Assembly: GCA_029263895.1 (NCBI GenBank)
Contig: JARIDO010000011.1
Span: 5,185-69,184 of the forward strand
Direction of reading: 5' to 3'
DNA: 64,000 bases
Source of the DNA: Sporosarcina sp.
GTDB lineage: Bacteria; Bacillota; Bacilli; Bacillales_A; Planococcaceae
The position numbers and the translations under genes are program-made. The notes under the pieces are model-generated. The model was not told where the DNA came from. It saw only the letters and a list, made by a program, of their open reading frames with translations, and ran no database searches. Positions 10,904-22,449 of the stretch are shown here, one piece after another. Numbering within the stretch: position 1 is the first letter of the stretch; the number at the start of each line of letters is the position of its first letter.

Positions 10904-11620
10904 TTATAGCGTACTATTTTTAAGAAGTAGAAGTTCTTCATCTGTTAGTTCTCGGTATGAACCTAAGGTAAGATGTTCGTCCAATGGAAGATCCCCCATT
11001 GAAATCCTCTTTAAGTACACCACTTTTTTCCCGACTGCTTCAAACATTCTCTTCACTTGATGGAATTTACCTTCTGTTATCGTCAATTCTATTTCTGATA
11101 ATGTTGCGGATTTCAATACTTCTAACTGACCCGGCTTTGTTAAATAGCCATCATCAAGCACTACTCCTTGCGAAAAATCCATAACGTCTGTTTCTGTAAC
11201 CACTCCATCAATATGAGCATAGTACGTCTTCGCTACTTCTTTTTTAGGCGACAGTAAATTATGTGCAAGCTTACCGTCATTCGTCAACAAAAGAAATCCC
11301 TCTGTATCCTTATCGAGTCTTCCTACAGGAAACGGTTCAAAATTTGTGAATTCCTCGTCTAACAAATCTACCACTGTTCGATCATGACGATCTTCAGTCG
11401 CGGATATAACGCCTTGTGGTTTATTCATCATAAGGTATACGAATTCTTTATAAACGACTGGTTCACCTAAAACCGTTACATGATCTGAATCGATTTCAAT
11501 ATGTTTCGATACATCTTTAATCACTTCGTTATTGAGACGAACGACACCTTTTTTAAGTAGCAGCCGAACTTCTTTACGAGACCCAAATCCCATATTCGAC
11601 AATAGCTTATCTAAACGCAT
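10904..11620 (-). CDS. RsuA-family pseudouridine synthase (YtzG-like)
   Basis: S4 domain MRLDKLL; GRLDKDTEG catalytic motif; EGKFHQVKRM. Confidence 0.92.
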   Translation of the reverse strand: MRLDKLLSNMGFGSRKEVRLLLKKGVVRLNNEVIKDVSKHIEIDSDHVTVLGEPVVYKEFVYLMMNKPQGVISATEDRHDRTVVDLLDEEFTNFEPFPVGRLDKDTEGFLLLTNDGKLAHNLLSPKKEVAKTYYAHIDGVVTETDVMDFSQGVVLDDGYLTKPGQLEVLKSATLSEIELTITEGKFHQVKRMFEAVGKKVVYLKRISMGDLPLDEHLTLGSYRELTDEELLLLKNSTL

Positions 11621-11632
11621 TACAAAAACCTC

Positions 11633-13243
11633 CTACAAACCAAACTTCTTTGTAAATCTTGTGATGCGACTTCCAAACAACTTTTGCGCTAACCCTAATT
11701 TGAGAGACAAGTAACCATAAATCCCTGCTCCGAACGTAGCACAAATCAAAATATAAAGGAATGCTTGCGTTTTACTTTCCACAGGACTAATTGCGCGTAA
11801 CCCTTTTAGTGTAATGACTACAGATACAAGCATCACTAGATTTAATAGAACGATTAAGATAATACGTCTAACAACCATTTCTGATTTATAATGGAGTGTT
11901 TTCTTAATGACTGTAATATTCATTGCAACGGCTAATGTATACCCAATCGCGGTTGCAATAATTGCGCCATTCGTTTCGAACATTTTTATTAATGGGATAT
12001 TCAGCATTAATTTAAATAACAGGCCGATAAGTGATGTAAATACAATCCATTTGTGCTTGTCGATTCCTTGAAGAATCGCCGCAGTTACTGTGTATAAACC
12101 GAACAAAATCGCTACTGGTGCATAGCTAGCTAGAATCGTTGCGCCTACATCACTTTTACTATAAAGGAACTGATAGAATTCATCCGATAACACCATAAGT
12201 CCAATGACCATCGGAATTGTTAGGTACAACATAATTTGATACGTTTGATCGAGTGAGCGCGTAATGCCTTGTTGATCCTTTTTTGTATAAAAGTTCGTAA
12301 TAACTGGAATGAGAGCCATTGAAAACCCTGTTGCTACCATTACGGGTATCATGACAAATTTATGAGTCAATAAATTAAGCATACCTAGATATGTATCTGA
12401 AACTTTAGCCAGCCCGATTGATTTCATCGCTTCATTAAAAGTTAACATATCTACAAATTGATAGAGCGGATTTATTACGCCAACAAACACAAATGGAAGC
12501 GTATAGGTAATCACTTCTTTATACATTTCCAAAAGTGAAATATCATTTGCTGGTGGACTATTTTCGATTAAGTAATCAAATTCCGGTTTATATTTAACCC
12601 AATATTTATACAATACAACTAGACTAGCCAATGCACCAATGAATGCAGCAAATACAGCAAAATTGATAGCCGTTTTGGGTGAATCACCCATAAAGTTCAC
12701 AACAATATAAGCACCTGCTAACACAACAATAATACGGACAATTTGTTCCACTAATTGAGATACTGCAGTAGGCTCCATTTTCTGATTTCCTTGAAGGTAT
12801 CCACGAATAACACTCATAATTGGAACTGCTAATAACGCATAGCTCACCCAACGAATGACAGTAGTAACGTCAGCCACATTAAATGTTTGGTCATCACTTC
12901 TATGCACAAGGTGTGCAATCGGTTCTGCCAAAAAGTAAAGAGCTAAAAAAGAAGCGATTCCTGTTATCGTCATAATCAACATACCTGATTTTAACAATTT
13001 CCGTCCGGTTGCGTAATCACCAAGCGCATTATATTTCGAAACGTATTTAGAAATAGCCAATGGCGCTCCAGAAATAGCAATCGCCAATGCAATATTATAA
13101 GGTACATATGCATATTGATATAACACAATATTGTCTTCCCCGACAATTGCATAAAAAGGAATGAGATATAACAATCCAAGTGCTTTGGATAAAAACAACC
13201 CAATTGTTAATATAGCCGTGCCTTTAACAAGATTTGATGACAT
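11633..13243 (-). CDS. murJ: Lipid II flippase MurJ (YtgP, MOP family)
   Basis: About 14 TM segments; GAPLAISKYVSKY, RGYLQG and SQLVEQIVR motifs; synteny with ytfP. Confidence 0.85.
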   Translation of the reverse strand: MSSNLVKGTAILTIGLFLSKALGLLYLIPFYAIVGEDNIVLYQYAYVPYNIALAIAISGAPLAISKYVSKYNALGDYATGRKLLKSGMLIMTITGIASFLALYFLAEPIAHLVHRSDDQTFNVADVTTVIRWVSYALLAVPIMSVIRGYLQGNQKMEPTAVSQLVEQIVRIIVVLAGAYIVVNFMGDSPKTAINFAVFAAFIGALASLVVLYKYWVKYKPEFDYLIENSPPANDISLLEMYKEVITYTLPFVFVGVINPLYQFVDMLTFNEAMKSIGLAKVSDTYLGMLNLLTHKFVMIPVMVATGFSMALIPVITNFYTKKDQQGITRSLDQTYQIMLYLTIPMVIGLMVLSDEFYQFLYSKSDVGATILASYAPVAILFGLYTVTAAILQGIDKHKWIVFTSLIGLLFKLMLNIPLIKMFETNGAIIATAIGYTLAVAMNITVIKKTLHYKSEMVVRRIILIVLLNLVMLVSVVITLKGLRAISPVESKTQAFLYILICATFGAGIYGYLSLKLGLAQKLFGSRITRFTKKFGL

Positions 13244-13361
13244 ATAATTATCCTTCCATTCTATCTAAATCTACTTATCAGTTTACCCCCGCACACCATA
13301 TTTCACAATGCTTAACCTTGAATTGTGTATAATAGAGAAAAACTGAAAGTGTGGTTCCACT

Positions 13362-14642
13362 ATGTATGACGTCATTGTTATCGGTGGGGGTCCATCTGGA
13401 TTGATGGCTTCCATTGCAGCAGCAGAACAAGGAAGAAAGGTTCTTCTTCTAGAAAAAGGTAAGAAATTAGGTACAAAACTAGCAATTTCAGGAGGCGGTC
13501 GCTGTAATGTTACAAACCGTTTACCACAAGAAGAAATTGTCAAACATATCCCCGGTAATGGTCGTTTTTTATATGGCCCTTTTTCGGTTTTCAATAATGA
13601 AGACATCATCGCATTTTTTGAAGGACTCGGCGTTGCGTTAAAAGAAGAAGATCACGGACGCATGTTTCCTGTTTCAAACAAAGCTAAAGACGTCGTCAAT
13701 GCGCTACTCGTTGAAATGGAACGTCTAAACGTAACAACAACACTTGATAGCCGCGTCAAAAAATTGCTGATGGATGACAACAAAGTACTCGGTGTACGAT
13801 TAGAGTCAGGTGAAGAAATACGCTCACAATCTATCGTGGTGGCAGTCGGTGGAAAAGCCGTACCGCAAACCGGATCGACAGGTGATGGTTATCCTTGGGC
13901 TGAAAAGGCTGGACATACTGTAACTGAACTATACCCAACTGAAGTACCTTTATTATCCAATGAATCCTTCATCCATTCAAAAGAATTACAAGGTCTTGCT
14001 CTACGTGATGTAGCCGTTTCTGTATTGAATGCAAAAGGCAAAACGCTAGTCGTTCATCAGATGGACATGTTGTTTACACATTTTGGTCTAAGCGGTCCAG
14101 CAATTTTACGTTGTAGTCAATATGTGGTGAAAGAACGCATGAAAAATGGCAACCAAGCCGTCGATATTCAAATTGATTCACTACCATCTATGAACGAAGA
14201 AAAAGCGTTTCAAATGATAAATACGCTAGTAAAAGATGATGCGAAAAAAGCTGTGAAAAACACATTAAAAAGTATTGCACCCGAACGCTGGCTATTATTT
14301 TTACTTCATAAAGTAGGAATTGAACCTAGTGAAACTGGTGCGCAATTATCCACTGAAAAAATACGCTCACTCGCAAAAACACTTAAATCGTTTCGGTTGA
14401 AAGTAAATGGTACTCAGCCCATCGAAAAAGCATTCGTTACTGGTGGTGGTGTATCCGTAAAAGAGATTGTTCCAAAGACAATGGCTTCACGTATGAAAGA
14501 AGGACTATTCTTCTGTGGTGAAATTTTGGATATTCATGGTTATACGGGTGGCTATAATATCACTTCAGCACTTGTAACAGGTCGAATTGCCGGTATGAGC
14601 GCTGGCGAGCATGCAACTACAGCGAATCAAACGATCAATTGA
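13362..14642 (+). CDS. ytfP: BaiN/HI0933 family flavoprotein YtfP
   Basis: [28 protein letters not shown] and GYTGGYN motifs. Confidence 0.92.
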   Translation: MYDVIVIGGGPSGLMASIAAAEQGRKVLLLEKGKKLGTKLAISGGGRCNVTNRLPQEEIVKHIPGNGRFLYGPFSVFNNEDIIAFFEGLGVALKEEDHGRMFPVSNKAKDVVNALLVEMERLNVTTTLDSRVKKLLMDDNKVLGVRLESGEEIRSQSIVVAVGGKAVPQTGSTGDGYPWAEKAGHTVTELYPTEVPLLSNESFIHSKELQGLALRDVAVSVLNAKGKTLVVHQMDMLFTHFGLSGPAILRCSQYVVKERMKNGNQAVDIQIDSLPSMNEEKAFQMINTLVKDDAKKAVKNTLKSIAPERWLLFLLHKVGIEPSETGAQLSTEKIRSLAKTLKSFRLKVNGTQPIEKAFVTGGGVSVKEIVPKTMASRMKEGLFFCGEILDIHGYTGGYNITSALVTGRIAGMSAGEHATTANQTIN

Positions 14643-14683
14643 TTCGTAAAAAATACCCATTTAAACAATTTAGCTCTAGAACG

Positions 14684-14733
14684 AAAAACGCCGTGGGAAA
14701 TTGCTTTAGCAACTCCCCACGGCGTTTTTTTTA
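14684..14733. terminator. Bidirectional terminator ytfP/leuS
   Basis: AAAAACGCCGTGGG...CCCACGGCGTTTTT. Confidence 0.85.
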
Positions 14734-17151
14734 TTAACCTACTGCGACGATATTAATTAATCTTCCAGGTATTGCAATTACTTTTTTCACTTCTTTACCT
14801 TCAAGAAGTTCCTTTACGTGTACATCTTCTAACGCTAACTTTTCTAGCTCTTCTTTCGTAACATCAATTGCCACGATAATTTTCGCTCTCACTTTACCAT
14901 TGATTTGAACTGCCATTTCTACAGTGTCGTCAACAAGTTTTGAGTCGTCAAACGTCGGCCAAGCTTCATACGTAATTGTCCCTGTATGACCAAGCATTTC
15001 CCAAAGTTCTTCTGCAAAATGTGGTGTAATCGGAGAAATCATTTTAACAAAGCCTTCAACATATTCTTTTGGAATAGTATCCACTTTATAAGCATCATTA
15101 ATGAAAACCATCAATTGGGATATCGCTGTGTTGTTTCGCATGCCTTCATAGTCTTCCGTCACCTTTTTAACCGTTTGGTGATACACTTTTTCAAGTTCTC
15201 CGCCCGTTCGATCAGTGATTTTCGAGCTAAGCGTATCATCTTCATTCACAAACAAACGCCAAATACGATCTAGGAAACGGCGAGATCCATCTAAACCGTT
15301 TGTCGACCATGCTTTTGACGCATCCAGTGGCCCCATAAACATTTCGTATAACCGGAGCGTATCTGCGCCGTGTGAATGGACAATATCATCTGGGTTGACG
15401 ACATTCCCTTTAGACTTAGACATTTTTTCATTGCCTTCACCAAGTATCATTCCTTGGTTAAATAACTTTTGGAACGGCTCCTTCGTATGAACAACTCCGA
15501 TATCATACAATACTTTGTGCCAGAAACGTGCGTACAGCAAATGAAGTACTGCATGCTCTGCTCCACCAACATAAATATCTACAGGTAACCAACGTTTAGC
15601 AAGCTCAGGATCAATTAACATATCATCATTTGTCGGATCGATATAACGAAGATAATACCAGCAACTACCCGCCCATTGAGGCATAGTATTCGTTTCTCTC
15701 CGGCCTTTCATGCCAGTTTTAGGATCTATCACATTGACCCATTCTTCGATGTTCGCTAATGGTGACTCTCCCGTTCCGCTTGGCTTAATATTATCAGTAA
15801 TTGGTAATTTAAGCGGTAAGTCTGCAATATCAACTGGCGTCATCGTTCCATCTTCCCAATGGATAATTGGAATTGGTTCACCCCAATAACGTTGTCTTGA
15901 GAATAACCAATCCCGAAGTCGGTACGTAATTTTCTGATCACCTTTTCCATTATCAACGAACCAAGTAATTGCTTTTTCAATCGCTTCTTCTTTTCCAAGT
16001 CCATTCAGAAAATCAGAATTCACATGCTCGCCATCACCTGTATACGCTTCGTTTGAAATATCTCCACCCGCAACTACCTCAACAATAGGTAATTTAAATT
16101 CAACTGCAAATTCATAATCACGTTCATCATGAGCTGGGACAGCCATAATTGCTCCTGTACCATAAGTTGCTAACACGTAGTCGGCAATCCAAATCGGCAT
16201 TTTCTCGCCGCTTGCAGGATTGATTGCGAATGCTCCTGTAAACACACCCGTCTTCTCTTTTGCTAAGTCCGTTCGTTCTAGATCACTCTTCAATTTCACT
16301 TTATCTAAATATTTTTCTACTGCCTCTTTTTGGTCTGCAGTTGTAATCTCTGCAACTAATTTATGTTCTGGAGCAAGCACGGCATAAGTTGCACCAAAAA
16401 TTGTATCCGGACGTGTTGTAAATACGTCGAACGAAAGTTCTGTTCCTTCAACTTCAAAAGATAGCTGTGCACCTTCTGATCGACCAATCCAATTCCGTTG
16501 CATATCTTTTAAGCTTTCCGGCCAATCCAAGTCATCTAAATCTTCCAGTAAACGATCCGCATATTCCGTAATTCTAAGAACCCATTGACGCATAGGACGT
16601 CTTTCTACTGGATGACCGCCACGTTCAGATTTCCCGTCAATTACTTCTTCATTCGCGAGCACTGTTCCTAGTGCAGGGCACCAGTTGACAGCTACTTCAT
16701 CCACATACGCCAAACCTTTATTGTAAAGTTGAATAAAAATCCATTGTGTCCATTTATAATAACTCGGATCTGTTGTATTGATTTCACGATCCCAGTCATA
16801 TGAAAACCCTAGGTCATTCATCTGTCGCTTGAACGTTGCAATATTCTTCGCTGTGAATTCAGCAGGATCATTTCCTGTATCTAATGCATATTGCTCTGCT
16901 GGTAGTCCAAATGCATCCCATCCCATCGGATGCAACACATTATAACCCTGTTTGCGTTTAAAAGAACTCAATATATCTGTAGCAATATATCCAATTGGAT
17001 GTCCTACATGAAGACCTACTCCTGATGGATAAGGAAACATATCTAACGCATAAAATTTAGGCTTTGCAGGATCGTCTTTCAATTTGAATGTGTGATTCTC
17101 TCCCCAAAACTTTTGCCACTTCTTCTCAATTTGCTGATGTTTATAACTCAT
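14734..17151 (-). CDS. leuS: Leucine--tRNA ligase
   Basis: MFPYPSG, HVGH and KMSKS motifs; true ATG at 17151 after AAGGAGG. Confidence 0.98.
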   Translation of the reverse strand: MSYKHQQIEKKWQKFWGENHTFKLKDDPAKPKFYALDMFPYPSGVGLHVGHPIGYIATDILSSFKRKQGYNVLHPMGWDAFGLPAEQYALDTGNDPAEFTAKNIATFKRQMNDLGFSYDWDREINTTDPSYYKWTQWIFIQLYNKGLAYVDEVAVNWCPALGTVLANEEVIDGKSERGGHPVERRPMRQWVLRITEYADRLLEDLDDLDWPESLKDMQRNWIGRSEGAQLSFEVEGTELSFDVFTTRPDTIFGATYAVLAPEHKLVAEITTADQKEAVEKYLDKVKLKSDLERTDLAKEKTGVFTGAFAINPASGEKMPIWIADYVLATYGTGAIMAVPAHDERDYEFAVEFKLPIVEVVAGGDISNEAYTGDGEHVNSDFLNGLGKEEAIEKAITWFVDNGKGDQKITYRLRDWLFSRQRYWGEPIPIIHWEDGTMTPVDIADLPLKLPITDNIKPSGTGESPLANIEEWVNVIDPKTGMKGRRETNTMPQWAGSCWYYLRYIDPTNDDMLIDPELAKRWLPVDIYVGGAEHAVLHLLYARFWHKVLYDIGVVHTKEPFQKLFNQGMILGEGNEKMSKSKGNVVNPDDIVHSHGADTLRLYEMFMGPLDASKAWSTNGLDGSRRFLDRIWRLFVNEDDTLSSKITDRTGGELEKVYHQTVKKVTEDYEGMRNNTAISQLMVFINDAYKVDTIPKEYVEGFVKMISPITPHFAEELWEMLGHTGTITYEAWPTFDDSKLVDDTVEMAVQINGKVRAKIIVAIDVTKEELEKLALEDVHVKELLEGKEVKKVIAIPGRLINIVAVG

Positions 17152-17196
17152 GCCAAATTCCTCCTTTAAATAAACACAATTCTTTTTGGGATAAAT

Positions 17197-17436
17197 AAAA
17201 AAATCTCGTCCCTTAACTACATAAGGGACGAGATTTATATATACTCCCGCGGTGCCACCCAAATTGACGGCTGAACCGTCCAACTTGTTTCCTTAACGCG
17301 GAAAACGGCACCAATTACAAGTTACATTCACCAGTGCAGGCTCCAAGGCGAGTTCATCGATCAATCGTACAGGTTTTCACCAACCACCTGCTCTCTAACA
17401 TCCGAACGATCTGACTACTACTCCTCTTCAATGCCA
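17197..17436 (-). promoter_or_regulatory. Leu T-box riboswitch leader of leuS
   Basis: AGTA, AGAGA and GGTGAAA stem I motifs; specifier GAA-CUC (17352-17350); T-box GGGTGGCACCGCG; terminator TCTCGTCCCTTA...TAAGGGACGAGA-T6. Confidence 0.95.
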
Positions 17437-17483
17437 AAAACTATTACTAACAGTCTACCCCAAAATATTCTTATTTACAACTA

Positions 17484-18152
17484 TCAATTTACATCTTCAA
17501 TGACATCTTTGATAATCAAATCTACATCCGTAGAATCAATGACGTCTTGGATCGAATAACCTTTGAAAACTTCTTTTAATGCAAGTCCTTCTGGTGTAAC
17601 ATCCAGTAAAGCTCGTTCAGTTATAATTTTGTGCACGACTGCTTTTCCTGTCAACGGTAAAGAACACTCTTTTTTAATTTTTGCAGAACCATCTTTTGCA
17701 ACATGATCCATAATAACAATGATTTTTTTTGCTCCATGGACAAGATCCATTGCGCCGCCCATTCCTTTAATCATTTTCCCTGGAATCATCCAATTAGCCA
17801 AATCACCTTTTTCAGACACTTCCATGCCACCTAAAATCGCTACGTCTACATGTCCACCCCGTATCATTGCAAATGACTCTGCACTTGTAAAATAAGCTGA
17901 GCCAGGAATGGAAGTAACCGTCTCTTTACCCGCATTGATCAAGTCTGGATCGACATTTTCTTTTGTCGGATAAGGACCAATTCCTAACAATCCATTTTCT
18001 GATTGAAGGACGACAGTTTTATTAGCTGAAATGTAATTTGCAACAAGTGTCGGCATACCAATTCCTAAATTCACATAATTTCCATCTTCAATTTCTTTTT
18101 CAGCGCGTCTTGCAATACGTTCTCGGACATTTACTTCTGCCAAATCTCTCAT
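17484..18152 (-). CDS. scoB: 3-oxoacid CoA-transferase subunit B
   Basis: [13 protein letters not shown] (catalytic Glu) and GMGGAMDL motifs. Confidence 0.92.
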   Translation of the reverse strand: MRDLAEVNVRERIARRAEKEIEDGNYVNLGIGMPTLVANYISANKTVVLQSENGLLGIGPYPTKENVDPDLINAGKETVTSIPGSAYFTSAESFAMIRGGHVDVAILGGMEVSEKGDLANWMIPGKMIKGMGGAMDLVHGAKKIIVIMDHVAKDGSAKIKKECSLPLTGKAVVHKIITERALLDVTPEGLALKEVFKGYSIQDVIDSTDVDLIIKDVIEDVN

Positions 18153-18158
18153 CCCCTT

Positions 18159-18848
18159 TCAAGATTGGATTGTTAACCGTTCTATGCGTTTTTCTTGGTT
18201 AGCTTGTAAGAGCCCTTGTACGTAAATACTCGGTGTGTGAACAGTAGCTGGATCTAATTCACCCGTTTCAACAATTTCTTCTACTTCCGCAATAGTAAAA
18301 CGACCCGCTGCTGCCATCATCGGATTAAAATTTTGAGCCGTTTTGTTGTAAATCAGATTGCCAAACTTATCTGCTTTCGCTGCTCGAATTAATGAAAAGT
18401 CTGCTCTTAACGCCTGTTCCAACACATATTCCTTACCATCAAACTCTCTTATTTCTTTCCCTTGTGCAACCGTTGTCCCAACCCCAGCAGGTGTATAAAA
18501 CGCTGGAATACCAGCACCCCCTGCACGAATTTTTTCTGCGAGTGTGCCTTGTGGTGTCAGCTCTACTGCAATTTCACCTGATAACACTTGCCGTTCAAAC
18601 TCCTTATTCTCCCCAACATAAGATCCTATCATTTTCTTGATTTGTTTATTTTCCAATAGAAGTCCAAGCCCCCACTCGTCGACTCCACAATTGTTCGAAA
18701 TAACGGTTAAATCGGTGACACCTTTTTCAACGAGCGCTAAAATCAGTTGTTCTGGTATCCCCACTAAACCAAAACCGCCTACCATTAAAGTCGCACCACT
18801 TTCAATTTTTGCAACCGCCTCTTGTGCAGATGAATAAATCGGTTTCAT
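18159..18848 (-). CDS. scoA: 3-oxoacid CoA-transferase subunit A
   Basis: [14 protein letters not shown] and [15 protein letters not shown] motifs. Confidence 0.92.
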   Translation of the reverse strand: MKPIYSSAQEAVAKIESGATLMVGGFGLVGIPEQLILALVEKGVTDLTVISNNCGVDEWGLGLLLENKQIKKMIGSYVGENKEFERQVLSGEIAVELTPQGTLAEKIRAGGAGIPAFYTPAGVGTTVAQGKEIREFDGKEYVLEQALRADFSLIRAAKADKFGNLIYNKTAQNFNPMMAAAGRFTIAEVEEIVETGELDPATVHTPSIYVQGLLQANQEKRIERLTIQS

Positions 18849-18943
18849 ACCCTTGCCCCCTTTTGAATCGAATGGATTTAACTAATAATCCTACTCTTCT
18901 ATTAAATCAGACAACTATTCGTGTTGCAATCAATGACTACACG

Positions 18944-18994
18944 AAAAAAGAGCAATCAGAAAACCATTTTACTGATTTTCTAATTGCTCTTTTA
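18944..18994. terminator. Terminator-like hairpin
   Basis: AAAAAGAGCAAT...ATTGCTCTTTTT. Confidence 0.65.
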
Positions 18995-19223
18995 TATAGG
19001 TTTATCAAATAGCTACGTTGTGATGATTTGAATAACCAGCTATATAACTCATCACATAAATTATTTCCATGCTTAACTCTTCTTGTTAGTTTAATAATTC
19101 TAAGGAGATTGTCACATATTTAAAAGTTTACGAATTTATAAGAGGTATTTAACGCTAATTATATTATCCACCTAAACTAAGTGATATTATACGAACAACC
19201 AAAACAGCATACCAAATAACGAT

Positions 19224-19712
19224 TTAATTCTTTTGCATTTCTGACTTTACTTTTTTAAGCATATCTAACCTTGCATCTTCAAGTATTTCTGGAAACATCT
19301 CAATTTTTGTTTCATCCAACGGTAAATCAAGTGTTGTTCTTACCATATCTTGAAAGTAATTCTTATCTTCCTCTTTTATATTTTCATCAAATGCACAGAC
19401 ACCAATTCTATCCATTAACACATGGTGATTTCCGGACTTTGGATCGCTATCAAAAGCCTGTAATGAAATAAAATATGTGACATTTTCCTTACTTGCTTCT
19501 ACCCATTTCCAATTACTCAAATCATATTCTACAATTTCTCCACCGCTTGTATAAGCAGGTCTTCCACTCCCCCCTCTATAAGACAGTTCATTCCCATTTT
19601 GTGTTTTAAAACCATTCAGCTTCAAATAATCCACTATTTTCCGACGCTCAACTTCACGAAGATTCTTATATGCTTCTTTTACATTTTTAAAAACTTCCAT
19701 ACTTAAATCCAT
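19224..19712 (-). CDS. Hypothetical protein (unrecognised family)
   Basis: 162-aa ORF with AAAGGATG RBS; AT-rich; no motif recognised. Confidence 0.7.
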   Translation of the reverse strand: MDLSMEVFKNVKEAYKNLREVERRKIVDYLKLNGFKTQNGNELSYRGGSGRPAYTSGGEIVEYDLSNWKWVEASKENVTYFISLQAFDSDPKSGNHHVLMDRIGVCAFDENIKEEDKNYFQDMVRTTLDLPLDETKIEMFPEILEDARLDMLKKVKSEMQKN

Positions 19713-20133
19713 TATTTAATTCATCCTTTCATTTTATGTGTGTTGTTACCAAAATCGCTACATTCACTAAGTATCCTTTTCCTTACATTACTATCAACAA
19801 GATTGTATCGCAACTTGAATTATCTACACTTAGTTCGACAATAAAAATATGGTCTAGTAGAATGCAAAAAAGGTAAAACAAGGAGCGAGAAGAAAGCCCA
19901 AGATAGACATATAGAAAAGTTGAAACTAGCGTAGAAGCGGCCAACACCAAGAGACGAAGCAATTTTAGAAGTATGAATACATACTCATTTATTAAAAATG
20001 AAATTTATATAATAGAAAAGTATTTCATCCCTTTACATATGACACACAAAAAATTAACTCAATCTCATCTAGATGAAATGAACCAACTTCACCTAAAACA
20101 TGATACAATTGACTGTTAGAGGAGTTGAGTCAT

Positions 20134-21093
20134 ATGGTTACAAACTTATTTCCTTTTCCTTCTGAAGGGAAAAGGTATCATACATGGTCAAGACATTTAA
20201 AAGATGAATTTGGGTTTAAAGTTTTTAAAGTTTCTTTAGATGCTGGTTTTGATTGTCCAAACAGAGATGGAACTGTCGCATACGGTGGTTGTACATTTTG
20301 CAGTGTTGCTGGATCGGGTGATTTTGCTGGAGACCGCGTTGACCCCATCGATGTACAATTTGCTGAAATTAGAGACAAAATGCATAAGAAGTGGAAAACC
20401 GGAAAGTACATGGCTTATTTTCAGGCTTATACAAATACGCATGCACCTTTAAATAAGCTCAAAGAAAAGTTTGAAACTGCACTGGCCCAAGAAGGCGTAG
20501 TTGCTCTATCCATTGCCACGCGTCCAGATTGTTTACCAGATGACGTTGTGGACTATTTAGCGGAGTTAAATGAGCGTACTTACTTATGGGTAGAGCTAGG
20601 AGTTCAAACTGTCCATGAAAAAACAGCTACCCTTGTGAACCGTGCTCATAATTTCGATCTCTATGTTGAGGGTGTGAACAAACTCCGAAAACGCGGCATC
20701 CGTGTCTGTACACATATCATTAATGGCTTGCCTTTAGAAAACTACGAGATGATGATGGAAACTGCACGTGAAGTGGCCAAGCTCGATGTGCAAGGGATTA
20801 AAATCCATCTTTTGCATCTCTTAAAAGGGACACCTATGGTCAAACAGTACGAAAAAGGTCAACTTCAATTCCTCGATAAAGATGAATACATCAATTTAGT
20901 TGTCGATCAGCTCGAAATACTTCCACCTGATTTAATTGTACATCGGATAACAGGCGACGGTCCTATCGAACTAATGATTGGACCGATGTGGAGTGTTTCA
21001 AAATGGGATGTTTTAAATGGCATTGACAAAGAATTGGAACGAAGAGGTAGTTGGCAAGGAAAGTACTTTGAAAAGGTGGTCGATGAAAAATGA
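20134..21093 (+). CDS. ytqA: TIGR01212 radical SAM protein YtqA (MnmL, tRNA wobble-U modification)
   Basis: CPNRDG...GGCTFC (CX11CX2C), YFQAYTNT and TRPDC motifs; paired with ytqB. Confidence 0.9.
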   Translation: MVTNLFPFPSEGKRYHTWSRHLKDEFGFKVFKVSLDAGFDCPNRDGTVAYGGCTFCSVAGSGDFAGDRVDPIDVQFAEIRDKMHKKWKTGKYMAYFQAYTNTHAPLNKLKEKFETALAQEGVVALSIATRPDCLPDDVVDYLAELNERTYLWVELGVQTVHEKTATLVNRAHNFDLYVEGVNKLRKRGIRVCTHIINGLPLENYEMMMETAREVAKLDVQGIKIHLLHLLKGTPMVKQYEKGQLQFLDKDEYINLVVDQLEILPPDLIVHRITGDGPIELMIGPMWSVSKWDVLNGIDKELERRGSWQGKYFEKVVDEK

Positions 21094-21677
21094 AACTTTT
21101 GCGTGTTCTACCTTTCGCAAAAAGATTACTAAAGGAAACTGTTTTACCTGGAGAAATCGTTGTTGATGCAACGGCCGGTAACGGTAATGATACGGAATAT
21201 CTAGCCGAACATGTCGGCGACAAAGGACATGTCTACGCGTTCGATATCCAACAAGCTGCATTAGATTCAACGAGAGAACGTCTGGGGGATTTAAATAGTA
21301 GAGTAACCCTACTATTAGCGAGTCATGACCAAGTAAGACAATATGTGAAGAGTGAAATCGGAGGGGCCGTTTTCAATCTTGGTTACTTGCCTCATAGTGA
21401 AGATTTGTCGATTGTTACACAACCGGATAGCACGATTAAAGCTATCGAAGCACTATTAGGTTTACTGAAGATTGGCGGTATTATTGTCATTTCTGTTTAT
21501 GACGGTCATCCAGGCGGTAAAGAAGAACGAGATGCACTTCTTGAATACGTTTCTAATTTACACCAATCAGAAATACATGTTATTCGCTACGAACTACTCA
21601 ATCAGCGTAATAATCCTCCATTTCTTATTGCAATAGAAAAACTCAAGGCTTTTCAAGTTCCGAAAATAAATAAATAA
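21090..21677 (+). CDS. ytqB: SAM-dependent methyltransferase YtqB (MnmM)
   Basis: VDATAGNGNDT, FDIQ, FNLGYLP and GHPGG motifs; 4-bp overlap with ytqA. Confidence 0.9.
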   Translation: MKLLRVLPFAKRLLKETVLPGEIVVDATAGNGNDTEYLAEHVGDKGHVYAFDIQQAALDSTRERLGDLNSRVTLLLASHDQVRQYVKSEIGGAVFNLGYLPHSEDLSIVTQPDSTIKAIEALLGLLKIGGIIVISVYDGHPGGKEERDALLEYVSNLHQSEIHVIRYELLNQRNNPPFLIAIEKLKAFQVPKINK

Positions 21678-21836
21678 ATAGAAAAAATGCAAAGTTGTAT
21701 AAGGTTCTTTGTTAAATAGTGTTGATAAAGAACTTTAGACGTCTTAAATTAATTTTTAATTGTTACAGGACTGCTTCCAAATTTAGTTTAACTGACTTTG
21801 GATTGCAATCCTGTTTTTTTAACGTTTTCAATACAC

Positions 21837-21882
21837 TGTTGTTTTCCATCCCAGACGAATGCTTTCCGGAGGCACGGCGTTT
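21837..21882 (+). repeat. Degenerate partial copy of the GC-rich intergenic repeat
   Basis: TTTCCATCCCAGACGAATGCTTTCCGGAGGCACGGC aligns by eye to TTTCCGTTCCGAGCGGACGCTTTCCGCGGGCACAGC at 58511. Confidence 0.5.
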
Positions 21883-22148
21883 GTCTAGAATGATTCCTGA
21901 CGGGAATTATGGTGCTTTCGTATCTAATCTTTTAAGATTTTTTGAATTGACCACGACATATTTACGTAATTTCCCTTTATACTTCTTTCTCTTACGCATT
22001 TTTCTTCGAACTTAAGATTTAAGTATTGAATATCATTAAAAATAAAAAAGGAATTGTTCTTCTTAAATTTTGGTTTTCAACAACTTTAATTCTACATAGA
22101 AATTCACTTGTTTTAATTCATATTCAACTACTATTTTAATGATATGTA

Positions 22149-22220
22149 GCTGATTGGAGACTCCAGTAGGCTTACCGCACGCCCCACAAAAAGCGTCCGC
22201 TCGGAACGAATATTAGCGGT
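22149..22220 (-). repeat. Internally deleted copy of the GC-rich intergenic repeat
   Basis: Begins GCTGATTGGAG; AAGCGTCCGCTCGGAACG is the exact reverse complement of 18 nt in the 58506 copy. Confidence 0.75.
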
Positions 22221-22449
22221 GTAAACAGTTATCTATTATGCGCATATAGAAGCAAAATTCACTAACGTCATTTATAGTACAACTTTTTATTTTTTCATTA
22301 GTTACATAACTGACTATACTATGGTGTTATTAACCCTTCTTCCACTTCCACTATGCTCTAATCATAAGTAATAACTTATACAGAGCATTAAAAATAATTA
22401 TTTTCCTTATAATAAATACAGATTTATACTAACTATTAGGAGGTGCCAC

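Noticed and set aside
17152-17283. 44-aa N-terminal extension of LeuS in the ORF track
   Set aside because: It translates the T-box antiterminator and terminator; a strong RBS precedes ATG 17151.
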